DNA of 64,000 nucleotides from Camelus dromedarius. Lineage: Eukaryota. The notes under the pieces were generated by a model. The model did not search any database, had not been told where the DNA came from, and saw nothing but the letters and a program-made list of their open reading frames with translations. Positions 24,230 to 37,612 of the stretch are shown in pieces (positions within the stretch are counted from its first letter, which is position 1; each line of letters starts with the position of its first letter). The position numbers were made by a program, and so were the translations under genes. The DNA lies in the NCBI RefSeq assembly GCF_036321535.1, contig NC_087437.1, positions 118,484,001 to 118,548,000 of the forward strand. Direction: 5' to 3'.

Positions 24230-24900
24230 GTCTTCCATGAAGTGCAAGATGAGTTCCAAGAAGGGAGATGTCTCCGCCTGGGACAGCTGGAGAGTGATCT
24301 ACAGAAAGAAGGCATAGAATGAGGAAGAAGGGGGGCTGGAGGAAGGACATTCATGCTAGACTGATGGAAGCGTGAGGACCCAGCACAGATGAAGGGAGCT
24401 TGCAATGTGTTGGGCAGAACAAGGAGTCTGTAGCTGGAACACAGACATTGGAAGAAAGTAAGGGAGGGGCAGATTGGACTCAGGGATTGGGTTCCAATCC
24501 AGAAGGCCTGAATGGAAGGCTGTGGAATGTAGCCATTTTCAGTACGCAACAGGAACCAACGGGAACCCACCAAAAATGCATGAGCAAGGAACCGACCAAA
24601 TCAGAGCCACACTTGGCGAAGATTCGCCTAACCACAATGTGTAGGATGAAGAGGGGAAAACGGGTTCCTGAGACGAATGAGAAGGTGGTTGCCCTGGTCC
24701 ACATGCAAAGTAATGAGGGTCTAAGTTACAGGCACGGTAACGGGAATAGAAAAGAGGGCAGATGCCACATCTGATGTGAGAGGCTGCAGAGTTAGGCTTG
24801 ACAGCATGTGGCAGCTGATGGAATGTGGAACACGTGGAGAGGAAAAAGCTAAAAACATCTGACTCAGAGGTTTCCAGCCCAGGAAACCAGGTAGAAGCAG
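24230..24900 (-). mobile_element. L2 fragment
   Basis: GTGTAGCTGGA, GTGTAGGATG, GTCCACATGCAAAGTAATGAGGGTCTAAG and CATCTGACTCAGAGGTTTCCAGCC motifs. Confidence 0.6.
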
Positions 24901-26059
24901 GGTCCCAGAAGGCATGAATGGAGATGCCCGAAAGGAAATTGGAAATGAGGCCCTGGATAATGGGGCAAATCAGAACAATAGATACCTCTAACAAAGTGTA
25001 AAAGTTAAAAAGGGGAGAGGAGACCCTGGCATGGGAAGGGAGAAGGATCTGGGCAAATCTTTGACAGAGCTTGCCTGTAGAGGACTGGAGATCTAGAAGA
25101 GCCCCTGAAGGGCACGGAAGAAGCAGCTGCAGGGACAGGAAAGAGCGGCCTGGATGCCAGAGATCTTCCAGAGGATGGAACTGACACAGTGCTGACTGCT
25201 GCCGGGAAGTCAAGGGAGACGCATCTGTTAAGAGAACTGGTTGATTCCACGCTAAGAGGGTGCCGAGCGTGCTCCCACAGGTCAAGCCAGGGACCCCTTA
25301 CACTATAAGGTACAGCTCCCTACACATGGAAAACCAGGGTCAGGACCCTCAGCAGGTCACACAGCTAATGCACAATGGACATGTGTGTGGGCTCAAGCTG
25401 GTCTGACTACCAGGATTTCTGTCATGCCATCCTGCTTCTCCAAGTCTATTCTCGCCCTTCAGAAAGCTGCAGAGCCTTGGAGTCCTACGGAAGAGCATGA
25501 CTTGCTGCTGCATTAGAGGAGCAGCACGGAGCAGGTGACAGGGTCCAGTCCAGCACACACAGCGCCTGGAACGTGGGCTTGTGTTGAATGCATGGTAGTT
25601 CCCATCCCTTTAGTCTTTCTGCTACAACAAGGCAGGGGACGTACGCAGCGGGAAAGTGGCCCTCTCCCAGTAACACATGCCTGGGAAAAGGGCGCTGGCC
25701 ACTCACACAGCCGCGTCTGTGCCATCCTGCAGCATCCAGCACCAGCAAACACTGAGGTGAGCTGAGAACGTGTCGCTCAGAGGAAGGAGTGAGAAGGGTA
25801 TAGCTGAGCTGAGCTGGCTCCCCTCACTTCCTGCAGTGGCGCTGACGTCACAGCCTGCAGGATAAATGTCCTTATGGAGGTTCTCCACCTCCACCCCTGC
25901 CAAAGCCCACCAGGAGGTGAGCTGGGCAGCTTGTCTCCCCCCTTTCCTGTTCTTCCTTCCGTATCCCTCTCCCCTCCTGAGTCTACCTTTACTTTCTCCA
26001 TCATTTTCCCTCACGTCGAAAAGAAGAGCTGTCTATAAAAAAATTAAAAACTCACCACT

Positions 26060-29000
26060 TTCCAAACGTAGAAATCTTACACTAGCGTAACTTCTGATCA
26101 CAATGTCAAATACTCTGTATTAACACCATCAGAGAGTCTAGTCAACTGGAAATCTTAAAAGCTGTTTGCTAAATAGCTCCTGTGGTGGAAAGGAAATTGC
26201 CATGGGAACACGTGCTATCAATACCTATAGGATGTAGAAAATCAGTAATTCAAAGGGCAATCATGGCTTTATTGGAAAACTATAGAGGCTGAAAATAAAT
26301 GAGGTAAGAATTCAATGCAATAAGTCAAAACAACTTAAGTAACCTAAACATTAGGTAAACATTAAGTTAACCTAAAGGAAAGAATTAATGGAGGTAATTA
26401 GAAAAAAATTAAAACCCCCTTAGAGAGTTAACAGATTGATAGTAAAATCAAGAGCTAATTCTTCAAGAGGACCAGTAAAATAGACTAACCTCGAGCAAGT
26501 CTGACTTACATGCATAGCAATAAGGATGATAAAGGGAGAATAGTTTCTGGCCAGGTGGAGAATTGTGGTGTAGTTCTACCACATGTGGAAGGAAGGAAGG
26601 AAGGAAGGAATAAAAAAAAGAAAAAGGCTGGATAAAATATAACAAAATTTGTTCTTTGTTTTAAATACACAGAAGTCACGAGGCGAAATGACCAGGTGCC
26701 AGAAATGAGAGGGGACTGTAGGCAGAGTAGCAAACATGAGAAGAACCTTAAGCCCAGGGGTTGAACTAGATTCAAGCTGAGCCAAGAGGTGTCACCCTAG
26801 GACCACGTGGAATGAAGAGCGAGACCTGAGCTCCCTGCAGAGAGGTGGGACTCTCAGGCCTCGCTCTGCTTGGGAGAACAGGATTAGAGACGCTCTGCCC
26901 GCTTCTCCAGAGGAGCAAGGAAGCTGACACGAGCCCAGCGCTCTGGCTGCTCCTGTAAGAAGGGAAAACTCATGCCTGCACTTTATATGGTTGTGGGATC
27001 CAAATTCATACCATCTTTGTGGTACAGATACATACAAGAAAAAAAAAATAGAAGGGAGGGTCAGCTATGTGCATGTTAATTTTAATTAAAATTTAATAGC
27101 ATTTTAAAGTCCAGCTCATTAGTAGCAGTATCCACATTTCAAGTGCTCAAACAGCCACTTGTGGCTGGCGGTTTACACCCTGGACAGGGCGGCTGTGGAA
27201 CATCTCCACGACCGCAGAAATTCCTACTGGGCAGCCCTGGTCTGAAGGTCTTAATCAATGTCTTCAGACGGGGGTGAGAGGGCATGAAATGTGTAACTAT
27301 TAGAATAAAAGAAATAAAAAGTATAGTTATTTCCATATAATATCTACCTCGAAAATCTAACTATATCAACTTTAAAACTGTGAGAAACCAGTACCAGAGT
27401 CCAGGGAGGGGGCAGGATACAACAGAAACATACGAAAATGAATAATAACAGAGAATCACTAATTGTAAAGTGTGACTAAATGAAGCAGCTGAGCAAAGCA
27501 GCGACCACATGTACAAAATATCCAAGGATAAGCTGAAGGCAAATACACCAGACTGATGCAGGAAACTACGAACGTCTCCTGAGGGACCTGGAAGAAGTTC
27601 TGAATAACTGACGACATACACATTCCCTAAGAGAAGACTTCGTAACCACAGTTATAAGAGGAGTTACCCTTGGCTGAGGAATTAGCACATACCAGCACTT
27701 CCTAAAATTCAGACCATTTAATCCTCGCTATTCTGTGAGTGAGGTACAGTAACAGTCTCCAACCTGCAGATGGGAAAGCTAAGGACCACGTGGTAAGCGG
27801 AAGAGCAGGATTTTGAGCGAGGCTGCAACTCACATCAGTGGAAAAGAATGAGTTCGTCACTAAGTGGCACCGGGGTAAGTGGCTAATCACGCAGGTGAGA
27901 GGAGTTCAATCCCTACCTCGCACCGCGGGCTGAGGTTCTGCACGGACTGAAGATCCACGTAGTCTCATAAATTATGCAAGTCCTAGAAAAAAATGTGAAA
28001 GTACTTTTTCTAAAACAATCTTAGTGTGTAGGAGGTCTTTTGCAGCAAGACCCAACTCAGGAGCCATAAAGAAAGTGACAAAACTGGGTATTTAAAAGCG
28101 CAAGCCCTACATGGCAAGAGACTCGTGACCAAAGTTGGAAGGTGGGTGCAGGCAGGGGAGCAGAGTGACTCGTGTGAGTTTGGGGATCAGGCATTAACTG
28201 TAGGATTTAGACGGTGGTTGGGGAGAGGCTGGAGGAGCAAAGGGACAGGAGAGAAGGAGGAGGGTTTAAAGGATGAACAACCAGCCACTCTGGACAGCTG
28301 GGCACATCCAGCTCCCCAGTGATGCTCAAAAGGACCATTCGTGGCAGGCTGTGGTCAGCCAGGTGAGCGGTGGGCACCAGAGAACAGGACGCAGGGGAGA
28401 ACAAGGACTGCTGGAGCCTGCTGGAACCCCTGCTTCTGTCTGCCCCGGGTCTACAGAAACTCTTTAGAGACAGTGACAACTGAGGCTTTATTTCTTCTCC
28501 CAAATCTCATGTAAACTCCACTTTTGGCTAATTCTAACAGGGATCGTCCAAGGACAGATTTGGGGACACAGAGCTCCAGCTTAAACAAGTTGACAAATGG
28601 CCGGCTGGAGGAAAATGTTTGCACATCTTTACTAAAAAAGCAAAAAAATACATGATGAAAGCAATAATGAGGTGGTATTTTTTCACCCATTTATAAATTA
28701 GGACATTTGTGTTGGTGATGCTATAAAGAAATTATCACCTTCACATACTATTGGTGGGAGTGTAAATGAATGCAAACATTTTAGAGGGGATAAAAATGTC
28801 TCTGCTCCAAAATTTTAAATACGTAAATTCTCTGCTAGAGCAATGCCATCTCGAAGCTAGAGAAACAGCAGCCCAAGTGAGCAAAGATGTGGTGCACGAG
28901 GTTTTCCAGTGCAATTTTGTAACAGTTAAAAGCAATACTAGTAACGGAAATAACCTATATTAGTACCATGAACCAAAATGCAATTGTTTTGAAAATGATG

Positions 29001-29080
29001 TGTATGTAACGATGTTGAGAGATGATTACAATATATTATTAAACTAACAAAAGAAAATTGTCAAAGTAGATAAGCAGGTA
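26060..29080 (+). mobile_element. Fragmented ancient L1M(E) ORF2/3' remnants with insertions
   Basis: A-rich pieces resembling L1 (AAAATCAAGAGCTAATTCTTCAAG..AAAATAGAC; TATCTACCTCGAAAATC; TCACATACTATTGGTGGGAGTGTAAATG); discontinuous. Confidence 0.6.
27075..27243. mobile_element. MER3-like hAT-Charlie MITE
   Basis: CCACATTTCAAGTGCTCAA..AGCCACTTGTGGCTGG..GGACAG..GAACAT..GCAGAAA..CTACTGG. Confidence 0.75.
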
Positions 29081-29983
29081 ATTAGGTAAGTGGTTAGGAG
29101 AAGAAGGAGGAAGAGGAAGAGAGAGAAATGGTAAAAGTGGCTGTGGAAGTAGGGAAGTGACGGCCCACGAGGAAGCTTGGAGATAAGAGAATACGTGGTT
29201 TAGGATTTGGTGGGAAACTCACATTTTACTTAAATGTGAAATTGTTTTCATTCATTTGAACAACACAATTTGAAGAATTATGTATTTAATTTATGTATCT
29301 AAATTTATTTTTAAATTAGGTATCTACCTTAAAAATAACTTTTATCTTATATATAAGGGTAAAAGAAGGAAGGAAAATGAAAGCGAAGAAGCAGGGGAGG
29401 AAGGAGATACTTTCTCTGAAGCTCAGATGCAAATGGATGGCTTTCACATAATGACCTACCTCCAAGGAAATTTTTTGTAGAATAAGTTTGGGGTAAGATA
29501 ACACAAGTTGACATTTATGTAAATAAGACAGCCACGCCTCTAAGGAAGAAAAAACCACCTAAACGTAGAATTCCAGCATGAAGTCGACACGCGCTGCCCA
29601 TAGCGCATCTGCTTCTCCCGGGCCTCAGCGTCTTTCTTCCAAAGTCATGAGAGTTCAGGGCTCAGAAACGCAACAGAGGCCCAGCCCCACGTCCCAGGGC
29701 TGGGTTTCCTGCATGAAATTTCCCTTCGTGCCTTTTGCTCTTTTCCTGCTGGATTTGGAGCCACGGTGTTTTCTGCTGCACAACTTTTGAGTCAATGCTT
29801 ATCCTTTGTGACTGATCCCAGGGAGCTTTACGTCATTACTTTCTTCTTTAATGATTTATTCACCTTAATTTAATCTCTGAGAAAACAGTCCACCAAGCAA
29901 TGCATAGTCAGCTCTGTGATTATAGTAAACCAGCAGGCTACGTATAAGCTGGACTTTATCACTCTTTTGCTGACCACAGTAGT

Positions 29984-30194
29984 AATGATGATGATGATGA
30001 TGATGATGATGACAATGGTGGGGGGGACGAAGATGATGACGCTGATGATGAAGATGATGATGGTGATGATGATGATGAAGAAGATGCTGATTATGATGAT
30101 GATGAAGACGATAATGATGATGATGATGATAATAATATTGATGAAAATGATGATGACAATGATGATGATGATGATGAAGATGAAGATGATGAAG
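29984..30194. repeat. Imperfect (ATG)n/(GAT)n trinucleotide tract, ~210 bp
   Basis: Direct; explains the poly-M/H/I ORFs. Confidence 0.95.
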
Positions 30195-30330
30195 AGCATC
30201 TACCATATGCTATTCCTGAGCCAGTCAGCATCCCTAAACTCTATGTATATTAATTCCTTTAACCTCACAGCTACCCCATGAGGTCAAAATCATTACCTTC
30301 CCAGTTCCAGATGAGGAGCCCGCTGCACAC
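30195..30330 (-). mobile_element. MIR
   Basis: GAGCATCTACCATATGC..TTTAACCTCACAG..CCCCATGAGGT..CAGATGAGGA. Confidence 0.7.
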
Positions 30331-31286
30331 TGCTGAACCACAATGAGACATGGTGGGGGTCTTGGAGCAGCAGCAGCAGCCTGGTTCCAGGATCTGCAGC
30401 CTGCCTCCTTACAAGCGGGGAGCTCTCTTAGCACTAATTAACTCAACAGCCCAGCTGGTCTTCCTCCTGTTTCATCCTTCCTTTTGTGGCCCAGACCACA
30501 AGCTAAGACACCCTGTATGTTAAAGAGCAAATGGCCCAGTGCTCGCCACAAACAGGCATCCTGTGTGCCACCTGGACTCCGTGCACCTGCGGGCTCCACT
30601 CCAGGTCCCTGCTGGTCTGCAGTTAGCAGGAAACAGCAAGTGTCCCGCACAAGCCATCTAGAAGGGGTTTTGTGTCCTTTTACTCCTTCACTCTTCAGGC
30701 TGCCCTTCCGAGATGAGTAGAAATTTCGCCACTTTCAACTGAGCGTGAGAAAACAGAAGAAATCTGTCCAAGGTCAGAGAGAATTATTTCCACAAGTCAA
30801 CCAAACAGAATTGTGGGGCGTCTTTAAACAATGCCCTAAAAAGGCTTAAATATGTCTTTGAATTTCCTAAAAGTGAATTTCAGCATTCCTGACCGAGGGG
30901 CTCCAGCTCCCCCCGCCTCCCGCAGGCCTCGGGGCCACCTGAGGGTGAAAAAGTCAGCCGTTCCCTGGGGCCCAAGACAGTGTCTCCTCTGATGACCAGA
31001 GCCCCTTCCCAGTGCTCCTGCCTGCAAGTCCCCAGTGTCACCCTGAGCAGAGGCTGCCGCACACTTTGATGTAAAACAAGGTGACACTTCCCATGAGGGA
31101 CAGGAAACTGCACCCAGCTATGACTTGAGCCACTTCGTCAGGGCTACTGAGCTGTTGCAGGCCCCGACTCTCCCCCCACAGCAGCGGCCCTGGAAGGCAC
31201 GGTCCTGCTGCAACCTTCAGGCACCCAATGAATGCCGTGGCATGGGTGGCACCACGCCCATACACTCAATAATACCATTACCCATT

Positions 31287-31730
31287 TTTAAAAAAATTTG
31301 ATTCAGATAGACTTGACTTATAAAAACACTGCACCTGCTTGATATATACCTTAATGCTTGGAGATAAGTGTATTCCCACAAGCCCAGCACCATCCTCGAT
31401 GCCGTCAAGGTATCTGTCATCTCCAAAAGCTTCCTCCTGCCTGCTCAACACTTCACATAAGCTCTACTGTCTTGGCAGATGTTTAAGTGCGCACTGCGGA
31501 ATCGGTACCTAGGGCCGCCGAGCTGGGACTCACTCACCCTGTATAACCAAACCTTTGTCCTTGAACTCATACTCCCCCGTAGAAAGCACCATTCTACTCT
31601 GAGCCTTAAAAAAGAAGGAAGTCCTGCTGTACGTGACAAAATGGATGAACCTGGAGAACATTATGCAGAGTGAAGTAAGACAGACGCAGAAGGACAAATA
31701 CTACAGGATGGCACTTATATGAAGACTCTG
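31287..31730 (-). mobile_element. L1MA-type 3' fragment with 5' inversion
   Basis: Minus-strand 3'UTR 31287-~31601 joined to plus-strand GCCTTAAAAAAGAAGGAA..ATGGATGAACCTGGAGAACATTATG. Confidence 0.7.
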
Positions 31731-31802
31731 AAGCTACCTGTTTTTGCCTGAGCTGAGTATGGCCATGTGCAGTATCCCACTAAACTCTCAAAAATCCCCT
31801 TT

Positions 31803-33150
31803 CATTCCTTCATTTAATAGATACTTGCTAAATGCCTGTGATGTGTTAAGCACCAAGGACAGAGCAGAGGACAGAGCATGGGTGACAGATTAAAGCTGAC
31901 AGATTGGAGGGGGTGCAACATGTGAAGAGACCTTGGTAAACTGCATGCAAGGGTCAGGGATGATTTTGGTCCTGATGGATGGATGATAAGAGTTGGCTTG
32001 GTCGACAAAGGAGGGGGGCAGGGGAGGGGGAGGGGCTGGGTTGGCTAGACAAGGGGAGATGTAAGGACAAAGGCTTAGCTCAACAGTTAGAGAGACAAGG
32101 GGAGGGGGAGAAGGAGAATGAGAAGGGTGGGCACTGCCCCTGGGCTGCCCACCCCCATAGGGCTGAGTTCTAGAAGCAAGCGGTAGCCCTGGAGAGGAAG
32201 GTGTCCCATAGCATGAACGCGGGCATGGGGAGCCTTTGAAGGGTTCAAGCAAACTGACACGTGAACACATTTGCATTTTTGCTAGACGGTTCTGGCTGCA
32301 GTGAGAAGCGCATTGGAAGGTTTCAGTCTGGAACCACAGTCGGGAGCTGTCACGATGCTTCAGGTCCAAGATGGCAGAGAAGAGTAGTTGCTGGGGAAAC
32401 GGAGAGAACCACATGCATGCAAGAGATACCTCCAGAAACAACACGAGGTGACAAATTGGATGTGGGAAGAGGGGGCAAGAGAGACAGCAGTCCAGGACAA
32501 CACCCAGGCTTCTGGTCCCGGCAACTTGACAGACGTTACGGCCGAAGGTGGCAGATGTCAAGGTGGAAGTCCTAGGAGGTGAAGCTGGTGTGGGGGCAGG
32601 GGATTTATTCTCAGTTTGAACACACCTGAGTTGTGAGACATCCATGGAACAACCAAACGGAGTCGTCTTGTGGGCAAAGGTGGCTCATTTGAGCAGGAAC
32701 TCAGGAAAAAGACCTAGGAAGCAAATGCAGTTTGGGGGTTAGCGGGATGGGTGATTACTGAAATGATAGATGGGCCTGAGTTTGTTCAAATGGAAAAGCG
32801 GTCCCTGGACAGTCCTGGAGGGAGCACTGACATTCGGCGTCTGAGTGAAGGAAGATGAAGCCGCGAACACGTGGAGAAGGAGCAGCAGAGATGGAGACAG
32901 GAGACCGAGTGGGTGAGCGGGGGCCGAGGGTCAGGGAGGAGCGTGTTTTAAGGACAGCGGGGCCCACAGTAGACAGGCTGCAGGGAAGGCAGGTGAAGAA
33001 GGACCAGCGGGGATTCGCTGGATTTAGCAGCTGTTTCAGGGTAGGGTGGACACCCAGGGACAGAGGACCAGGGTCGGGAGGGAGGGAGAAACGGAAACCA
33101 TGGGTGTGACCAACCTTTCACCATGTTGGGCTGTGGAGAGCAGGGGGTGG
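31803..33150 (-). mobile_element. L2, long degenerate copy
   Basis: CATTCCTTCATTTAATAGATACTTGCTAAATGCCTG tail; GGACAACACCCAGGCTTCTGG; GAGTTGTGAGACATCCA. Confidence 0.7.
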
Positions 33151-33869
33151 TTCTGGGAATAACAAACTCTAAGAGTGAAAACCAAAGTGGAGTGAGAAGG
33201 AGGTGCCCGTGGAGGAAGAGGTGAGAAGCCAGGGCATTGAGTCAGGATGGCAGGGCTCAGAGCGCAGAGGGAAAGCAGGGGTCCAGCGCCAAGGCCTCCA
33301 CGAGGAGGGGCACGGCAGGAGGAGAACAGAGCAGGACCCAGAGAAGCCACGAGGAGTGGTGCCACGAGAGCCATATGCCTCCCGACAATCAGGTGTGACT
33401 GGGACTCAGTGAGGGGCAGCGACCGTGGGCCGCACTCTGGACCCCTGCGGGCCAGGAGCGCGGGAGGAGAAAAGAACTTCCCTGTGCGGGAAACCCGCCC
33501 TCAGGTAGAAGCAGGTCTCGGCTAAAGCCAAGAGGAGGAAGACTCACGGGAGAGTTTTAACGGTGAGTAGTTCGCTGGTGCGTGTACCCAGAAACGGGGT
33601 TCCCGAGGGCCAGGTGGGCAGGTGCGTGATGGGGAGGGCACCAGGCAGAGAAGGCCAGAGCAGAGCACTCTGAGGAGGCTTCTGGACTTCCTTTGCGAAG
33701 GGCACAGAGTGGGGTGAAGACAGGGATTTCCATGTTCTCCACGGAGAAATCTCTGCAGCTGGAGAAGACACAGTCACTCCCAGTCATCGAAGCAAGTGCC
33801 ATGGCACAGATTTTCTTTGAGGGTGAGTGTTATCACAAGATCATGGGAGAATCTTGCCTCTTGCCTGCA

Positions 33870-34045
33870 TCCGTTTCCTAGGGCTGCTGCGATCGGGCGG
33901 CCTCAAGAGAACAGAACTGAAGACCAAGAGCTCAAGAGCAAGGTGTTGGCAGGGTTGGCACCCTCCGGGGCTCCGGGGGAGAATGCTTTCCATGCCTCCT
34001 TCTCCTGGCTTCGGGTGGCTTCGGCAGTCCTGGGCTTCCCTGCAG
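33870..34045 (-). mobile_element. MLT1 LTR fragment
   Basis: GTTTCCTAGGGCTGC..AAGGTGTTGGCAGGGTTGG..TTCCATGCCTC. Confidence 0.65.
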
Positions 34046-35116
34046 ACCCAGATGACAGGCAAGCTCTCTGGTGAAGTAGGTGAGGGCCGCACGGGCATTG
34101 TAACTGCTGGGAGAGCATCAGGTGGGGTGGTTCCCCGTGAACTTGTGACTCAGGGCAGCCGACTGAAAGGAGCCCTGGCCAAGCTGGGAGGAGGTGCCAG
34201 GTGGGAGTCACTCCTTGCCCCGACACCCCGCGGTTTAAAAGGCATCTTCTGGAGATGTTAATTTCACACTTCTGTGCAGGTTTCATTGCTGCTTCTGCTT
34301 CGAGATGTGCCCTGCTCTGGAGCCTTCATTCTCTGTGGATCCCATTCCCTCATCAGTGAAATGGGAAGGGACTGTCCCCTAGCCTCGCTCCTCCTGCCCA
34401 GGATGCTGGTGTCTGCAGAATCATTGCTGGAGTTGCCAGAGGGAGCCTGGAACGTTCGCTGCTGTCAGCCTCGTCCGAGAGGTGGCGGAGGACCGGCATT
34501 TAGGAAAGAGCCTGGTGCACCATGTTCGGAGCAGATGCTCATTCAGCTCGTGATGTTCCAGAAACAGCTACTAGGACTGTGGGTGTGACCTAGCGGCCTC
34601 CTTGGAGAGAGAAGGGGAAAGGGGCTCCTGGCACGGGACAGAGCTCTCTGGTTTGACCATCACTCAGCTCAAACCTAAGTCTCTAGTCACCAGTCAGGGT
34701 GATGGGGTTCCCCGGGCTCTCCCTCCAGCATCTCACTAGTCACACAGCTTCATTCCCTCCCCCCAGTTCATCCTGCGTGAGGATGCCTGATTAATTCTCC
34801 AGACACTCTTTTAGATCAAGTCATTCCTCCCCTGGGAAACCTTCAGCATCCAGGCCTGGTCACATCGTATCACAACTCCACAATGCGGCAACAGTCTAAT
34901 GTGTCAGCTTTACCTTCCACAACCTGTGCACAAGCATCCTTCCCTGCAGCCAGCTAGCTAACTCGGGGCTGCTGAGTGCAGTTGTGCGGGTTCCACACTG
35001 CACATCTTGGGCTGCAGTTCGCAGATGGTAAACTGTACAAAGCGTGCCCTGCTGAGTGTTCACTAGTCACCCCTCCCACCACCACCACCACCACCACCAA
35101 GCAGGATTTATGCCTT

Positions 35117-35373
35117 CTTTTTAATCGAAGTATAGTCAGTTTATAATGTTGTGTCAATTTCTGGTACACAGTATAGTGATTCAGTTACACACACATATAT
35201 ATTCCTTTTCATATTCTCTTTCATTGCAGGCTATTATAAGAAATTGAATATAGTTCCCTGTGCTGTACAGTAGGTCCTTGTTGTTTATCTACTTAATATA
35301 TAGCAGTTAGTACCTGCAAATCTCGAACTCCCAATTTACCCCCATCCCCCTTTCCCCTCTTGTAACCATAAGT
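35117..35373 (-). mobile_element. 5'-truncated L1 3' end
   Basis: TTTTAATCGAAGTATAGTCAGTT..GTAACCATAAG; perfect TSD GATTTATGCCTT at 35105-35116 and 35374-35385. Confidence 0.9.
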
Positions 35374-35429
35374 GATTTATGCCTTTCTTGTTCTATACTT
35401 TAGTTGTTGAATTTTTAAAAATTGGTTTG

Positions 35430-35720
35430 TGGTTCCATGGACTTTTTTTAATTTACAGAAAACTCTATATAGTGTAGCAAATGCTCCCACAGTCTAGCAT
35501 CCTCCTCAATTATCAAGAGTTAAACATTACTTACCATATTTGCTTTGGTGTTTAACAAGATGAATAAAATATTACAGACACAGTTGAAGTCCATCTCTCC
35601 CTTGTCCTTGACTCCATTCTTCTCCCTCCCTTCCCAAGAGCAACCACTCTCGTGAATTTGGTGTGCGTTTGTCCAGTTGATCATTTAATACCTCCCAAAT
35701 ATAGTATCTGCACACAACAT
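35430..35720 (-). mobile_element. L1ME 3' fragment
   Basis: ATTACAGACACAGTTGAAG..CTCCCTTCCCAAGAGCAACCACT..TGAATTTGGTGTG. Confidence 0.55.
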
Positions 35721-37194
35721 TGAAGCAGTCCCGGGCTGGCTGCACACAGCAGAGAGATCCCCAGCCAGTTTGAGCAGGAAATAAATGTATAAGGATATAT
35801 GGTTGTTCTCACTGGTTTAGGGAAGGAAGCCTGGAGGATCAGCCCCTCAGATCACGCCCCAGGCTGCTGTGGTGGGCAAAGCCCAGCTCCACTACGGGAA
35901 CCCTCACTCGGGTCCTGCCACCTGCCGCGCCCCCTGAGAACGCTGCTCCGGAACCTAGACCCCCGTGCCCCCACCCCACAGCAAGGAGGGTGATGCTGGC
36001 GGAGTTCTTGTGTCACCAGGTTCTGTTGCAGCGTCTGCTGCGGGCAGACCTGATGAGCTGATTGACGAAAAGCAAAGAACCAGCTCCAAGTCTGACCAGA
36101 TGCGTCGGAAGAATGGGCTGTGGTTTGAGGACTTCGTTTTATAAATTCTATTGAACACAAAGAAAAATAGGTAAGAAGAATGTGTGCAACCCGCAACGGG
36201 CAAATCACGGGAGCCCAGTTGCCAATTCCAAGTGCATCTGTCTCCTCTCCAGTCAGAGGGAGTTGGGGTTCGTGAAAGGCCTGAATCCCCAGCCCACGTC
36301 CTCACTGCTGCTTGAGACCATGTGCGAGCAGAGCTGTCGTATTCCAGGATTCCAGCTCGCAGTTGTCTTAACTCCCTCTCCGAGCATAGACTTCCGACAA
36401 AACAAACATCCCCACAGAATGAATACGAGATAATCTCTCATATCAGATGTGACAGTCATCAGTGGCCTAATAAAACTTGATCTTCGAAATGGTTTCAGTC
36501 AGTCAGACCCTTAAGACTGGCCCCCCTCTACAGCTTGCTCATGCGCAAATATGTGTCTTGTGTACGTGAGGAGGGACACAAGTATAGGGAGCAGCCGTCT
36601 CTTTATATGCATTCTGGGAAGTGTCAGAGACCCAGAGAAGTCTTCCGGGGGGAGGCATGTTGAGATATGCTCAGGACTCCGCCAAATGAGGGCACTGAGA
36701 CACACTCCCTTGGAGATACAATCTGTCAAAACTGCCATTGATGTTTCAAAATGACCTTTGGATGCTTATTCAATGCGGGAGGTACCCCGTGCTCGCCCCA
36801 CTAATGGGATGGAGCCTGCACTTCCCCCCAACAATCAACCACGCAGGAGGCACAAGCACTGCCTGTCTCGACCGCAGCGCATTCCCCGTCCAATGCCTCG
36901 CTCCCCTGTTCTGCGCGTATCTGGGCTGGGAGAACCATCAAGGCCACGGCTGCTTCCCAGCTAAGGAGGAGCTCTGTGCTCAGCCCGCATTAGGATATGA
37001 GAAAGTCATTTGTAAAAATAGCGCTGGCAGAGTCGCCAAGAAAGACATGGCACTTGTTCCAGGAAAACGAGCTTCTCCTGAGCGCCTCCGAATTGTCCCA
37101 GCCAAGTGTCCGCTTTTGGGAATAAATACTTGCTACTCCTTCTCTTCTTTTAGCTGAAACCAGCAGCTGCAGCCTCGGGACTCACGTCTTTCCT

Positions 37195-37612
37195 GTTCTA
37201 TTTGGACTGTGATAAAATACAGATAACAAATACATACGTCATAACCATTTTCACGTGTCCAGGTTGGTGGCATTAAGTCCATCCGCATTGTTGTAAAACC
37301 GTCACCCCATCCAATCCCAGAACCCTTCCATCTTCCCAAACTGAAACTCTGTCCCCATTAAACACACTCCCTGTTCCCCTGTCCCCTGCAACCACCGCAA
37401 TTTCTGTCTCTTTGAATTTGACTCCTCTGGCTGCCTCATGTGAGTGCAATCAGGCAGTATTTAGCCTTTGTGCCTGACTTATCTCACTCAGCCTATGTCC
37501 TCAAGGTTCATCCATGTTGTAGCCTGTGTCAGAATTTCCTTCCTTTCTAAGGCTGAATACTATTCCATTGCAGGTAGAGACCGCATTTTGTTTATTCGTT
37601 CATCTGTTGATG
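37195..37612 (-). mobile_element. L1MB-type 3' fragment
   Basis: GTGGCATTAAG..CATCTTCCCAAACTGAAACTCTGTCCCCATTAAAC..TCAAGGTTCATCCATGTTGTAGC..AAGGCTGAATA. Confidence 0.85.

Noticed and set aside
29865..30281. Poly-His, poly-Ile and poly-Met ORFs
   Set aside because: Translations of the (ATG)n microsatellite
24539..33374. ~250-aa minus-strand ORFs (24539-25285, 31890-32645)
   Set aside because: They overlap decayed L2 sequence, have non-ATG starts and show no recognisable domain
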